Below are positions 10,707-21,377 of a stretch of 42,045 nucleotides of DNA, piece by piece. How positions within the stretch are numbered: position 1 is the first letter of the stretch; each line of letters begins with the position of its first letter. The position numbers and the translations under genes are program-made. This DNA comes from Octopus bimaculoides (lineage: Eukaryota): positions 155,522,192 to 155,564,236 of the forward strand of contig NC_068983.1 in NCBI RefSeq assembly GCF_001194135.2, given 5' to 3'. Under the pieces are notes generated by a model, which did no database searches, was not told where the DNA came from, and was given only the letters and a program-made list of their open reading frames with translations.

Positions 10707-10771
10707 AACAACAAACAAGATGAGGACAAATATCCGTCAAATGTAAATAATGTAAATAGTGTAAATAATGC

Positions 10772-10963
10772 ACCATAAATGTTCAATATTATTTATATCT
10801 GGGGACTGTGGTGGCCAGATAAGATGTTCACCTTCACTAGAATGTTCCTCGTGCCATTCAGTAAGAACTATTGCTGTGTGAACTGGTGCATTATCATCCC
10901 GAAAGATTGCATTTCCATCCGGAACAGTTCCGCAAACACAGGATGAATTTGATCAGATAAAAT
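10772..10963 (-). mobile_element. Tc1-family transposase relic (catalytic C-terminal part)
   Basis: Minus strand ILSDQIHPVFAELF, one frameshift, then DGNAIFRDDNAPVHTAIVLTEWHEEHSSEGEHLIWPPQSPDINNIEHLW. This matches Tc1 FQxDNAPxH and WPxQSPDLNxIEHLW. Confidence 0.9.
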
Positions 10964-10985
10964 GCTTAGTCTTTACTATTTATTC

Positions 10986-11080
10986 TGCTCAAGAACACAA
11001 TAAACCACTCGGTCCAGGAATTGAAACCATGATCTCGTGATCGTGAGTCTAACACCCTAATCACTAGGCCGTGTACCCTC
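10986..11080 (-). mobile_element. Family D SINE head fragment
   Basis: Minus strand GGCCTAGTGATTAGGGTGTT...GGTTTCAATTCCTGGACC...GTGTTCTTGAGCAG. Homologous to the 5' part of 11797-12136. Confidence 0.75.
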
Positions 11081-11084
11081 ACAC

Positions 11085-11263
11085 ACACACATGCATGTAT
11101 ATATACATGCACATATTTAGTATGTTAATATGTAAACATATATATTTATGTATATACATATATAAGCATATATATATGTACACACACACACACACATATA
11201 TATATATATGCGCGTGTGTGTGTGTGCGTGTGTGTGCATATATACAAATATATATGTATATAA

Positions 11264-11349
<86 letters not shown>

Positions 11350-11363
11350 ATGTGTGTGTGTGT

Positions 11364-11395
<32 letters not shown>

Positions 11396-11456
11396 ATTTA
11401 TAATTCAACCGTATGAATTATATATATGTGCGTATGTATCCATGTGTGTGTGTGTT
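11085..11456. repeat. Compound (TA)n/(TG)n microsatellite
   Basis: Read directly. Similar tracts occur at about 2580-2690, 2865-2980, 16870-16990, 17720-17800, 19315-19500, 21095-21200, 21319-21365, 24490-24610, 28530-28610, 29570-29670, 30600-30810, 32285-32360, 34740-34990, 37490-37660 and 39790-39960. Confidence 0.97.
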
Positions 11457-11796
11457 TAGGGAGACAGAGTTAAGAAAAGAAAGAGGTATCTATTAATTTA
11501 TTGATGTCTTGCTAAGATCGTGAATACTAAAGACGGTTCATCAGGTGTTCTGATGGTGAAGGGGATTTATTTAATATTCGGAAGCAAGAAAGTAACAAAC
11601 CATTATCTTGAATTGGCAACAACGTTAGAACACCTGAGTTAATGCATTATAATATTTACTTCGTCTTTCTACCTACTAAATTTAAATCTTCCTGCGGTGA
11701 AGATCGATAAGAAAAATAGTAACTGCAAGCATAACGCAGTAGATCGTAACAAATATACTCACTCCATCGCAAAATTTGCTATCGTGTCTAGACAGT

Positions 11797-12136
11797 TTTG
11801 TTGTTGTTGCTGTTGTTGTTGTTTAGCCTGGGGCCTTCTTGATGGAACAGACTTATTTTTTATTGAAAGATGTATCAGCCGTAGCTGAACAGTCGTTTTG
11901 CATGTCTGTGACTAAATTGTCCATGAGATTTCTTGTTCATAGTCGTAGGATGTACTTTGTTTCTCCATCAAATCGACATTGTCTAAACAGGTGTACTGTG
12001 TGCCACGAGTCAGATGTCGACGTGATCGCAGAGCAACGCGAGATGAGGCGTTTTGTTCAAGAACACAACGCACCACCCGGTCTAGGAATTGAAACCATAA
12101 TCTCGCGATCGTGTGTCCAACACCCTAACCACTAGG
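11797..12136 (-). mobile_element. Family D tRNA-derived SINE with (AAC)n tail
   Basis: Minus strand CCTAGTGGTTAGGGTGTTGG...GGTTTCAATTCCTAGACC...GTGTTCTTGAACAAAACG. The tail appears as (GTT)n at 11797-11823. Confidence 0.8.
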
Positions 12137-12180
12137 TTGATCATTGGTTTCTTATTATGTCTGTTTTTTCTCTTTTTCTT

Positions 12181-12256
12181 GACCTCGACGGAATTTGAAC
12201 TCAGAACACAGACGAAATACCGCTAAGAATTTCGCCTGGCGTGCTAAAATTTCGGA
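12181..12256 (-). mobile_element. Family A SINE fragment
   Basis: GACCTCGACGGAATTTGAACTCAGAAC...GACGAAATACCGCTAAG...CGCCTGGCGTGCTAA matches family A. Confidence 0.8.
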
Positions 12257-12620
12257 TTTTTTCCCTTTGAACGGTACACCGAGAAATTAATTTTTTATAA
12301 CTAAACACTTTCAAACTTCGGACACTGGTAGAATGTGTCATATAAAACATCTTTTACTCTTACTTTGAAGCACAAAAATAAGGTTTGTATTGATGACACA
12401 AAAATCTAAATATTTTCCAGTACGACACCAACAGCATTACAAATACCTTTATAGGAGTAAAAGAATATAGTATCACTCTCGATATTCAAGTAGCAATCAT
12501 TTTGAAAACATCTTTACCGACGATATACCGAGCAACACTCACACCAAATATATAAATAAAATCTGACGCATCTTTTCAAACGTGGCAGGATCTTGTAACA
12601 TATCTTTTTTTAAAATCATT

Positions 12621-12993
12621 TTTGCTTGTTTCAGTTATCAGACTGTAGCCATGCTGGGGCACCGCCTTGAAGAATTTCTAGTCGAATGAATCAACACTAG
12701 TACTTAAATTTCTTGCTAAGCCTGGTACTTGTTCTATCAGTCTCTTTTGTCGAACAGGTAAGTTACGAGGAGTAAATAGATCAACACTGATTGTCAAGCG
12801 GTGGTAGGGGACAAACACAGACACAAAGACAGACAGACAGACACACACACATATATACGACGGATTTCTTCCAGCTTCCGTCCACCAAATACACTCACAA
12901 GGCTTTGGTCAGCCCGAGGTTATAGTGGTGTCACGCAGTGGGACTGAACCCGGAACCATGTGGTCAAGAAACAAGCTTCTTACCACACAGCTA
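12621..12993 (-). mobile_element. Family C SINE
   Basis: Colinear with 41729-42045 and 27118-27569, with a short deletion in the CORE-like part. Confidence 0.88.
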
Positions 12994-13218
12994 CTTCTAC
13001 ATCTATATATAAAACAATTTTCATCCAGTATATATATATCAAGATATTGCTTTCATAAACTAGTAGGAAACGGCTTGAAATGCAGGCTTTCAAAATAATA
13101 ATCGTAAAAGTACAACAGTACAAAGCAGATTAATATAATTAACATAATGCACCAATACCGACCGCCGTGACTATCTCACCACGTTAGCAAGTCTGGTGGG
13201 ACAATTGGTAGTCACACA

Positions 13219-13426
13219 AGGCAGCGAGCTGGCAGAAACGATAGTACACCGAGCGAAATGCTTAGCGGTATTTCGTCTGCCGTTACGTTCTGAAGTTCAT
13301 ATTCCGCCGAAGTCGACTTTGCCTTTGATTATTTCGGTGTCGAAAAATTAAGTACCAGTTGCGTACTGAGGCCGATCTAATCGACTAGAGCCCTCCCCCA
13401 AAAAGGACCTTGTGTCTAGAAAAGAT
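13219..13426 (+). mobile_element. Family A SINE
   Basis: GGCAGCGAGCTGGCAGAAACG...GTCGACTTTGCCTTT...AAGTACCAGTTGCGTACTG. Possible degenerate TSD TGGTAG(AG)TCAC. Confidence 0.9.
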
Positions 13427-13499
13427 CTGGTAGAGTCACTGTCTGCAAATATACACCATCCAACTATCAGACAATAACACTCTCAGAACCACCTCTAAA

Positions 13500-15373
13500 G
13501 CATTAACACTTGATTTTTAATTTGAACACTCGACAAAGAGGTGACATAATAACATCACAACATAAATTTCTGTACAGTTTAAATAAACCACACCAACAAA
13601 CACACTTAGTTTGTCAGCCAACTACGACAACATGTCCCCATGTGATATTTTTCTGTTCTAGCTACCACAACTTCCTGACAGATAATCAACCAACTCACCT
13701 TGAACAGTCTACCTTTTATCATCACTACAAACTCATAACTGAAGACACATTTATAAACTTCAGTAAAGTACAATGGAACGAGTTCTTCAAAAAAAAAAAA
13801 AAAAGACTTGCGTTTTTTTTCAGATTTCAACAACGTCAAAGCAACCACCACAGACACTGCTATACATACTTCAACAAAATAATTATAGATGTATCTAAAA
13901 ATATATCTTAAAAAATTGATCATAACCTCAGTTAAAACAGCATAACTGCCCACCTCAGAAGAAAGTAGAGATAACTTTAACAATTGCACCAAATCAAAAC
14001 CTGACTAAAATATATCTCGGTGTCAAATAACTAAAGAAAGAAATAAGAAATAAATAAAGCATATAATAGCAGAAATCATTGGAAAACATTTGTGTCCAAT
14101 AAAAATTAACAAAACACTATATAAAATAAGGAACATTACCTACGGCACCACCAGTCACGTCACACCCAAGCAACAACCCCGGAAAATATGCCTTCACTGT
14201 ATTACCCGACAAACACTTTGATCAGAGATTTTCGAAAATTAAACACTAAAATCACATAAAGAGGAAAACATGTGATAGCAAGAATTCCACCTAGTCTATT
14301 GAAAAAGTAATACAGGAATCTAAAACAAAAGCCTCAAAGACAGACAGAATCAGAAACATGCACCTGAAACACATAAGTACCGAAATAATTAGTCCATTTA
14401 CCAATATCTACAACTAACGTTGCCAACTCTGCCACGCTCCCACAATCCGGAAGCTGAGGAAAATTAAAATCATTACCCCCCCCCCCCTCTCTTCTGTCTC
14501 CTTCTCCACCAAAAAAAAAAAAAAACTGAAGTGATATAATGTCATATACGTCTAATATTCTCGTATGCAGACACTCAGAAATAATCCTTAGAATGCTAAA
14601 TTTTAACATCACTAACCAGTATACAAAAGTTCGAATTATAACACGGATTAATCCACCGCAGTGGCCATAAACTTAAACTAAAAGCATATGGTGTAAAAAA
14701 GCAAAAATAAACAAACAAACGCTCTCATAATACTATTTCACATCGCTGCCAGCAAAGCTTTTAACTTTGTTTCTAGCAAGCAATCTACTAATACTCATAT
14801 GAAACATATGCAACACATATTTGAGAAACAACACAACACACTAACCAGCAATCTACCTATCAAGCCTAAATAATTTTGAGATACAACACTTTTCTCACCC
14901 ACTATTTTCAATCGATACCAATATAACCCTCCCCATTTCCAAAATAAAATCCCCCAAAAAACAAAACAAAAAAAAAACAAAAAAACAAGTTAACACTTCA
15001 ATCTTGCCACCATTCTCTAGGTCACCTCGAAACCTGACTCCACAACAGTAGAGTTAAGACAGCTACTGCCACGTCCACTGTCTCTACTTCTTACTAGCAG
15101 GACCAGAGAACATCAAATACAATGAACAATATAAACATAACACACGCATACATAAGACGAAAATCTCAGGAGTTACCATACAACTTCACAACATTCGAAA
15201 CAGCCTAGAAGACAGGTAAAGAAAGCAAAATGATCTAGAGCAATAAAAGGAAGAAACAAGAACTATGGTGCACATGGATTAGATCTATTATTAACTATGC
15301 TAGTCCTACATGTGCTACTAATCTTACCACTACGATTAAAAATAAATTTGAACGGATACAAAGCAAGTGTTTG
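13500..15373 (+). mobile_element. Highly decayed non-LTR retrotransposon ORF2 (Jockey/I-group-like)
   Basis: A-rich sense strand. SYTSNILVCRHSEII (~14540) resembles SYRPISLLxxxSKI. WIRSIINYASPTCATNLTTTIKNKFERIQSKCL (15275-15373) resembles the RT C-terminal IRPILxYASPxW...LERIQNKCLR. The 5' boundary is uncertain. Confidence 0.6.
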
Positions 15374-15449
15374 TGTGTACGGGTGCGTGATGTGCTTGCA
15401 TGTGCTTGCATGTGCTTATACTTTGTTTGTATCTGTACGCATGCACATA

Positions 15450-15608
15450 TATCCGACGGACTCACGCAGAATTCTCGTCTACCAAAGTCTTCACACGAAG
15501 ATTTGGTCGGCTTGAAGCTATAGCAGACGACGCTTGACTGAGCTGCTGTACTATGGAACCAGATCGAACACGGAACCACTTGACTGCGAAATAAATTTCT
15601 TAACCACG
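15450..15608 (-). mobile_element. Old family C SINE 5' part
   Basis: CGACGGA...CGTCTACCAAAG...TTTGGTCGGCTTGAAGCTATAG...GGAACCA matches family C. Confidence 0.7.
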
Positions 15609-15998
15609 CTACTTTACTCGGTCCAGTTTTCTAAGAATGCTGAACTATTTCACTTAATCGAACATCATCAATATTTTCAACTATCTTTAGTGCATATAAT
15701 TACCTTTTTCAACAACTATAGCGACAACAACAACAACAATTGAAACCTCCTACAGATTTACAGACGTTACTAAAAATGAAAAATCTATTTGATTGTCTGT
15801 TGGGTATTTGCGTAGTGATTTTGTTTAAGTAAACAAACAACCAAACAAATAAGCAAATATATAAATCAAGAATAGATTGTGAGTAGTTTTGGCCAGTACG
15901 AAAGAAGTGGCTTTCTTGAAAATGGTATTTATTCGTTTATTCATAGAAATAATGTTTATAAATAGTATTGTATATACCGTTACTAACAGATTTCAAAA

Positions 15999-16062
15999 AG
16001 CCACGGAAATAGCCGTATGAAAATATTAGCCACGGAAATAGCCGTATGAAAATATTAGCCAC
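15999..16062. repeat. Perfect 29-bp tandem duplication
   Basis: AGCCACGGAAATAGCCGTATGAAAATATT twice, plus AGCCAC. Confidence 0.97.
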
Positions 16063-16334
16063 TATCTATCGTTTCAGTAAATAACAACACGCAATCTTCG
16101 TGCAATGATTAGCTACTTACTGAATAAGAAAGTACTGTTTATTGTTATTTTTGGTTTATTTGTAAGGGTAGAATTAGAGAAGCTTGATCGAAGTGACACC
16201 AGAAATATACGGGTATTCGTTTTTACCGACTTTATAGGGCAAAAGGCAAATCTGATGCCAGTGTAATAATGAAAGTAAAGAACGTTTCCGTTTCGTTCGC
16301 TATTTCACTATTTCATTCCATCCATTATCATTAG

Positions 16335-17700
16335 ACAAATTCTTGTCCCTATTAATTCTTTCGCCTTGCTCAAAGTCCATTAACAAATATTTTTAATTAA
16401 ACTACAAATTGTTATCGGTCCTTTGAGAAAAATACAGAAAGCATCTCCTGTTTATTGATAATTTTAATTCATATAAATATGACAACATTCTGTCAGAGAG
16501 CTTACTAAAATCTATATATGAATTCAACTGTGATATCAGAATAGTATTGAATCAAACAAAATGTGTCTAAAGCTCTAAAAAGAAACGAAATAATTAAAAC
16601 GAAGAACATTAAATTTGATTTAAACATCGAAATCATAGAATTAGAAACGAACCACACTTATAAATACATAGGAGTAGACGAATCTGATATGACACAGAGC
16701 ATTACAGAAGAGTCAGATTAATATTTAACTAAGCAAGTGTTAGCGATAAGATATTAGGCTATTGCAATCATAAACAGCAGCTTAAATATCATAATTCAGA
16801 AGTCAAGATAGGAATATTAGAACTGTTGACTTGTATTTCGTACTCATTGCTCTGAATATGATAAATGAGATAGCCCTGCCACAAGCACACATACACACAC
16901 GCGCGCGCACATACACACACATATACACACACACACACACATACATACACACACATGTACACAAACGTTTCTACACATACACACGCAAACAAATGGCGGG
17001 AAGGGTAGAATAGGAAAATAATTACTTCTTAGGTCTGACTGTTCTCTAACAACGACAATGCCTCGCTCAGAATGCTTAATCGAACAGAAATATGTGCGGG
17101 GTATGTCACCGTATTTGTCAAAGTTCAAAATCACCTCCAACTGAACATCCGCATTGAATTTTTAATTAATTTTAATTTTATTTTCAAAATTGTCTCCCTT
17201 GTCTTGATCGAAATTAATCACCAGTGTCAAGTTTTTTTTCTCCTCACTACAAATGTAATAATGCTTAATTAAAGTTTCTTGGCTAACTGTAGTAGTTTAC
17301 TACCAGCTTAAATTACGCAAAAAAAAAATGCCACAAAGGTTAAAAAGAAAATAAAAACACTCAGAAGCACATAAAAGTAGACTGAATGGTATAATGAAAC
17401 AAGTATAAACTAGAAGCAAAATACAACAAAAAAGTAAAAGAAGAACAACGAACAAAAAGTAAGAAAGAAAAGAATGAACTATAAAGTAGGAAAACAGACG
17501 GTGACAAAATGATAAAGACAAATGGAAAGAAAATGTTTCCATAGAGTGTGTCTTGCCAGACTAGACGGAGAGGAAGAGGGCCAACACGAAGTCTAATGGT
17601 GGCGCTAACATTTTGGCAGGAATCGGAAAGTATGATTATAATTACACAAGATCAAGGTCTAGTCACACGAAAATACCAAGATGAAATTGTTAAAATGTTA
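16335..17700 (+). mobile_element. Decayed R4-clade-like LINE, in pieces
   Basis: HLLFIDN (cf. HLLYMDDL), SIYEFNCDIRIVLNQTKC (cf. FSxDIGMEFGLDKC), HTYKYIGV (cf. YKYLG) and ESESMIIITQDQGLVTRKYQDEIVK at 17614-17697 (cf. ETEGxIxAAQDQxLxTRxY), in the expected order. Confidence 0.7.
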
Positions 17701-17764
17701 ACGCCACAGGCTAGCTCTACAATACATACATATATACATACATATATACATACATACATATGTA

Positions 17765-17799
<35 letters not shown>

Positions 17800-18867
17800 N
17801 NNNNNNNNNNNNNNNNNNNNNNNNNNNNNNNNNNNNNNNNNNNNNNNNNNNNNNNNNNNNNNNNNNNNNNNNNNNNNNNNNNNNNNNNNNNNNNNNNNNN
17901 NNNNNNNNNNNNNNNNNNNNNNNNNNNNNNNNNNNNNNNNNNNNNNNNNNNNNNNNNNNNNNNNNNNNNNNNNNNNNNNNNNNNNNNNNNNNNNNNNNNN
18001 NNNNNNNNNNNNNNNNNNNNNNNNNNNNNNNNNNNNNNNNNNNNNNNNNNNNNNNNNNNNNNNNNNNNNNNNNNNNNNNNNNNNNNNNNNNNNNNNNNNN
18101 NNNNNNNNNNNNNNNNNNNNNNNNNNNNNNNNNNNNNNNNNNNNNNNNNNNNNNNNNNNNNNNNNNNNNNNNNNNNNNNNNNNNNNNNNNNNNNNNNNNN
18201 NNNNNNNNNNNNNNNNNNNNNNNNNNNNNNNNNNNNNNNNNNNNNNNNNNNNNNNNNNNNNNNNNNNNNNNNNNNNNNNNNNNNNNNNNNNNNNNNNNNN
18301 NNNNNNNNNNNNNNNNNNNNNNNNNNNNNNNNNNNNNNNNNNNNNNNNNNNNNNNNNNNNNNNNNNNNNNNNNNNNNNNNNNNNNNNNNNNNNNNNNNNN
18401 NNNNNNNNNNNNNNNNNNNNNNNNNNNNNNNNNNNNNNNNNNNNNNNNNNNNNNNNNNNNNNNNNNNNNNNNNNNNNNNNNNNNNNNNNNNNNNNNNNNN
18501 NNNNNNNNNNNNNNNNNNNNNNNNNCGTATGAAAAAAAGTCCCGTGTGAAGGGATTACGGTTTAACCATCTAACTTAGAGGTATCAAATATAAATTATAC
18601 AAGAATAAGGGCAGGGAATCGTCAATTAGTAATAGAATTAATAATTAACAATTTTGCCAAGTAGTTCAATATGAAAAAAACCTTTATCGGTAAAAACATT
18701 TATCATCGTAAATATACAGGGATTAGCATTGAGTTGCTTCTCCAACATACTGAAAATTTAGAAATAGCAGTAAAAAAACTACTGATTCTAAACTACAAAT
18801 TTTTCTCTAAATAGATGGCGATATTTATGGCGCACATAGAACATATATATATATGTGTGTGTGGGGG

Positions 18868-19316
18868 GGTAGACGAATGTTGAGGTTGTTTGGCCACATG
18901 AAGATGATGGACGAGGAGCGGATAGTAAGGAGGGTGATGAAGGCAGAAGTTGCAGGCAACAGAACCAGAAGCAGACCTCAGTTTGTGTGGATGGATGGGG
19001 TTAGGAAAACTTTGGTGGTTAGAGGTGTTGAAGTGAGAGAGACAAGAGGGTTTATAAATGATAGGAAAGCTTGGAGAGTATTTGTGGACGGATGAGTGAA
19101 TTTGATGTTGTCCAAAGGAGTACGGAACCCGCATGATGCGGCGGGGGTAAACTAACATACGCTGTCGGGTCCCGCAGATGATACTGGGAGTTGCGTTCTA
19201 TGCCTTGACCCGAGCATAGAACGGGGCTCGTCTCTTTGAGCTGGGAAATGAATGGAATGCTTGGTGAGTGTCTTGTTGTGGCTACCTCTTCCTAAAAAAT
19301 GGGGAATAGGCCTGGG

Positions 19317-19320
<4 letters not shown>
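18868..19320 (+). mobile_element. RTE-clade LINE 3' end (5'-truncated) with 3' UTR and (TA)n tail
   Basis: [41 protein letters not shown]...DRKAWR matches the RTE C-terminal LRWFGHVxRM...RGRPxxxWxDxV...DRxxWR. The UTR has a hairpin GTTCTATGC/GCATAGAAC. Confidence 0.88.
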
Positions 19321-19399
<79 letters not shown>

Positions 19400-19494
19400 A
19401 CATATATGTATATATATGTGTATGTATATATATATATGGGTATGTATGTACTTATATGTATATATGTATATGTATATATATATATACATTTATA

Positions 19495-19690
19495 TATGGG
19501 TAGACTTCTGCCTTCATCACCCTCCTTACATACATTTTCTATATTTCTGATGAAGAGCTCCGCTCGAAACGTGAAATCCTCTTTCTGTTCTTTCCTTTCC
19601 TGGGCGTCCAATAACACTGCACTTATTCCACGTCCTCACATTGTTGCTTTTTCGTGTTTTTTCTTGCTTGTTCATGTTTGAATTGACTAT
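19495..19690 (+). mobile_element. Short hammerhead-bearing repeat fragment (Penelope pseudo-LTR-like), flanked by (TA)n
   Basis: Contains the HHR motif at 19543-19577 with pyrimidine-rich flanks. The PLE assignment is inferred from the motif only. Confidence 0.5.
19543..19577 (+). ncRNA. Minimal type I hammerhead ribozyme motif (cleavage triplet GUG, probably inactive)
   Basis: ATTT-CTGATGA-A-GAGC(tcc)GCTC-GAAA-CGT-G-AAAT. Stems I and II are perfect and stem III is the palindrome ACGT. Confidence 0.72.
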
Positions 19691-20469
19691 ATATATATAT
19701 ATATATACACGCTTATAGCTTCATGTATGTATGTATGTATGTATGTATGGATGGATGGATGGATGGATATAAAATAAGCATTTGACTAAATGATATTGAC
19801 TTCTAAAGCCTCTTGAGGTCAGAATATATCCACAGACGTAAGCACGTATATTTAGAGAAGGTACTTAAGTAAAAAAAAAAGAAGAAAAAATGAAAAAAAG
19901 AAGTAAAAACGAAAAAAAGAAGCTGAGAATGAGTAATGGGAATGCAATAAGCTCTCTATGTGGAAATGTTATAGATATCACACTTAAGAACATGCTTGTC
20001 CCTACTGACAAGTAAATAAATGTGAATTGCATTGTTAATGATACAATGAAAGCCTTATGTATTTTGATAAATATTTCGATTCTCTCTAAGCAAATGTCGG
20101 ACGTTAGGTAGCAAAGTGCTATTGAAGTGCCAAGGAACTCAACATAGAACAACACAAAAAAAGATATGAGCAATAACAGAAAAAAACAGTCGCACTGTAT
20201 GGTTAGAAAATACTATTACTAAGCAGAAATGCTATAGTAGTTCTTACGCACGAACCACAAATAGTATTCTATACACAACTTACGTAAGGTACTTTCCAGA
20301 TCAGTCTTTCGTCTATCATCACTCAAGTAAGGGTTTATTCATTTAAGTATAGCATTTTTAAATATCAGTATATTAAGAACATTTTTGTAGGAGGTGGATT
20401 GGACGAATCCTGAGAAGACAGGCACAATGACTGTCGTAATTAGTTATGAACCCTTGTGCTTTGACTAAA

Positions 20470-20600
20470 TCTTGTTTAGGCTAATTTTACCTTTCATCCT
20501 CCCAGTGTCAAGAACATAGATTAAATGTCAAAATCTGTTGTCGATTTAATCGAATATATCCTCACCAATATGTGTAGCCTTGTGCCAGTATTAGAAATCA
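20470..20600 (+). mobile_element. Old family A-like SINE fragment
   Basis: TTTACCTTTCATCCT...GTCGATTTAATCGA...GCCTTGTGCC...TAGAAA. Similar degenerate pieces at 23103-23190 (-), 23753-23860 (-), 29348-29400 (-) and 34580-34690 (+). Confidence 0.55.
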
Positions 20601-21098
20601 ATAAAATAAAATTAAAAAAAAACTTTATAATATTGATTATAGATTTCACGAAAAACGAGGGGAAACATTAAAATAACACAACATGATACAAGAGAAAGCA
20701 CTCAACATAGGTACGTAAATGGACCAGAGACATATTTCCACTACACTATAATACAATAAACCACTTCAAAAACCTAAAAACACAGCAGTATATACTGTGA
20801 TGCAGTGAAAAATCTGTAGGAAACCACGACTAAAATCAAATAATGATTTCTAACCTAAAACTCAAGGTCACATAATATGAGGAAATGGGTGTGTCTTGTG
20901 AATCGACAGCTTTAATTGACTGTTACCTATTATATTGGCTGCACAAACAGATAATTTAGGTTGTGAAAAAATAAATATATATTTAGCGATATAAATATGG
21001 AAATAATGTAATCTAACATTCGATTTCAAAGTGACATTTTAATATATATGTATATATATATGTAAATCATGTTTAGAGATTTTAGAACTAGCTACTTT

Positions 21099-21131
<33 letters not shown>

Positions 21132-21315
21132 TTCTCTCTCTCTCTCCCTCTCTCTCTCTCTCTCACTCTCTCTCTTTCACACACACATACACACACACAT
21201 ATATAATATAAAATAATAATAATATAATATAAAATAATATATGAAATATATTATAATATATGTGGTCTCTTAGCAACTGAACCTAAAGGCAAATTAATAA
21301 ACAAGGATACTAAGT

Positions 21316-21367
<52 letters not shown>

Positions 21368-21377
21368 CGTATTTCTC

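Larger units (their letters stand above)
9851..10771 (+). mobile_element. Composite SINE-like element: inverted tail segment, tRNA-like head, (AAT)n, hammerhead-bearing tail
   Basis: 9851-9912 is an inverted segment sharing TGTAAATAATGTAAATAGTGTAAATAATG with the 3' end (about 10743-10771). tRNA-like head at 9915-9990, HHR motif at 10661-10706, no TSD. Confidence 0.72.

Noticed and set aside
15999-16062. Short direct repeats (29 bp here; 18 bp at 8822 and 29803; 16 bp at 40319) as a CRISPR-like array
   Set aside because: Head-to-tail repeats with no spacers in eukaryotic DNA; ordinary slippage duplications.
18526-18830. Complex sequence after the gap that looks like an interspersed repeat
   Set aside because: No second copy, termini or coding motif in this window to support a call.
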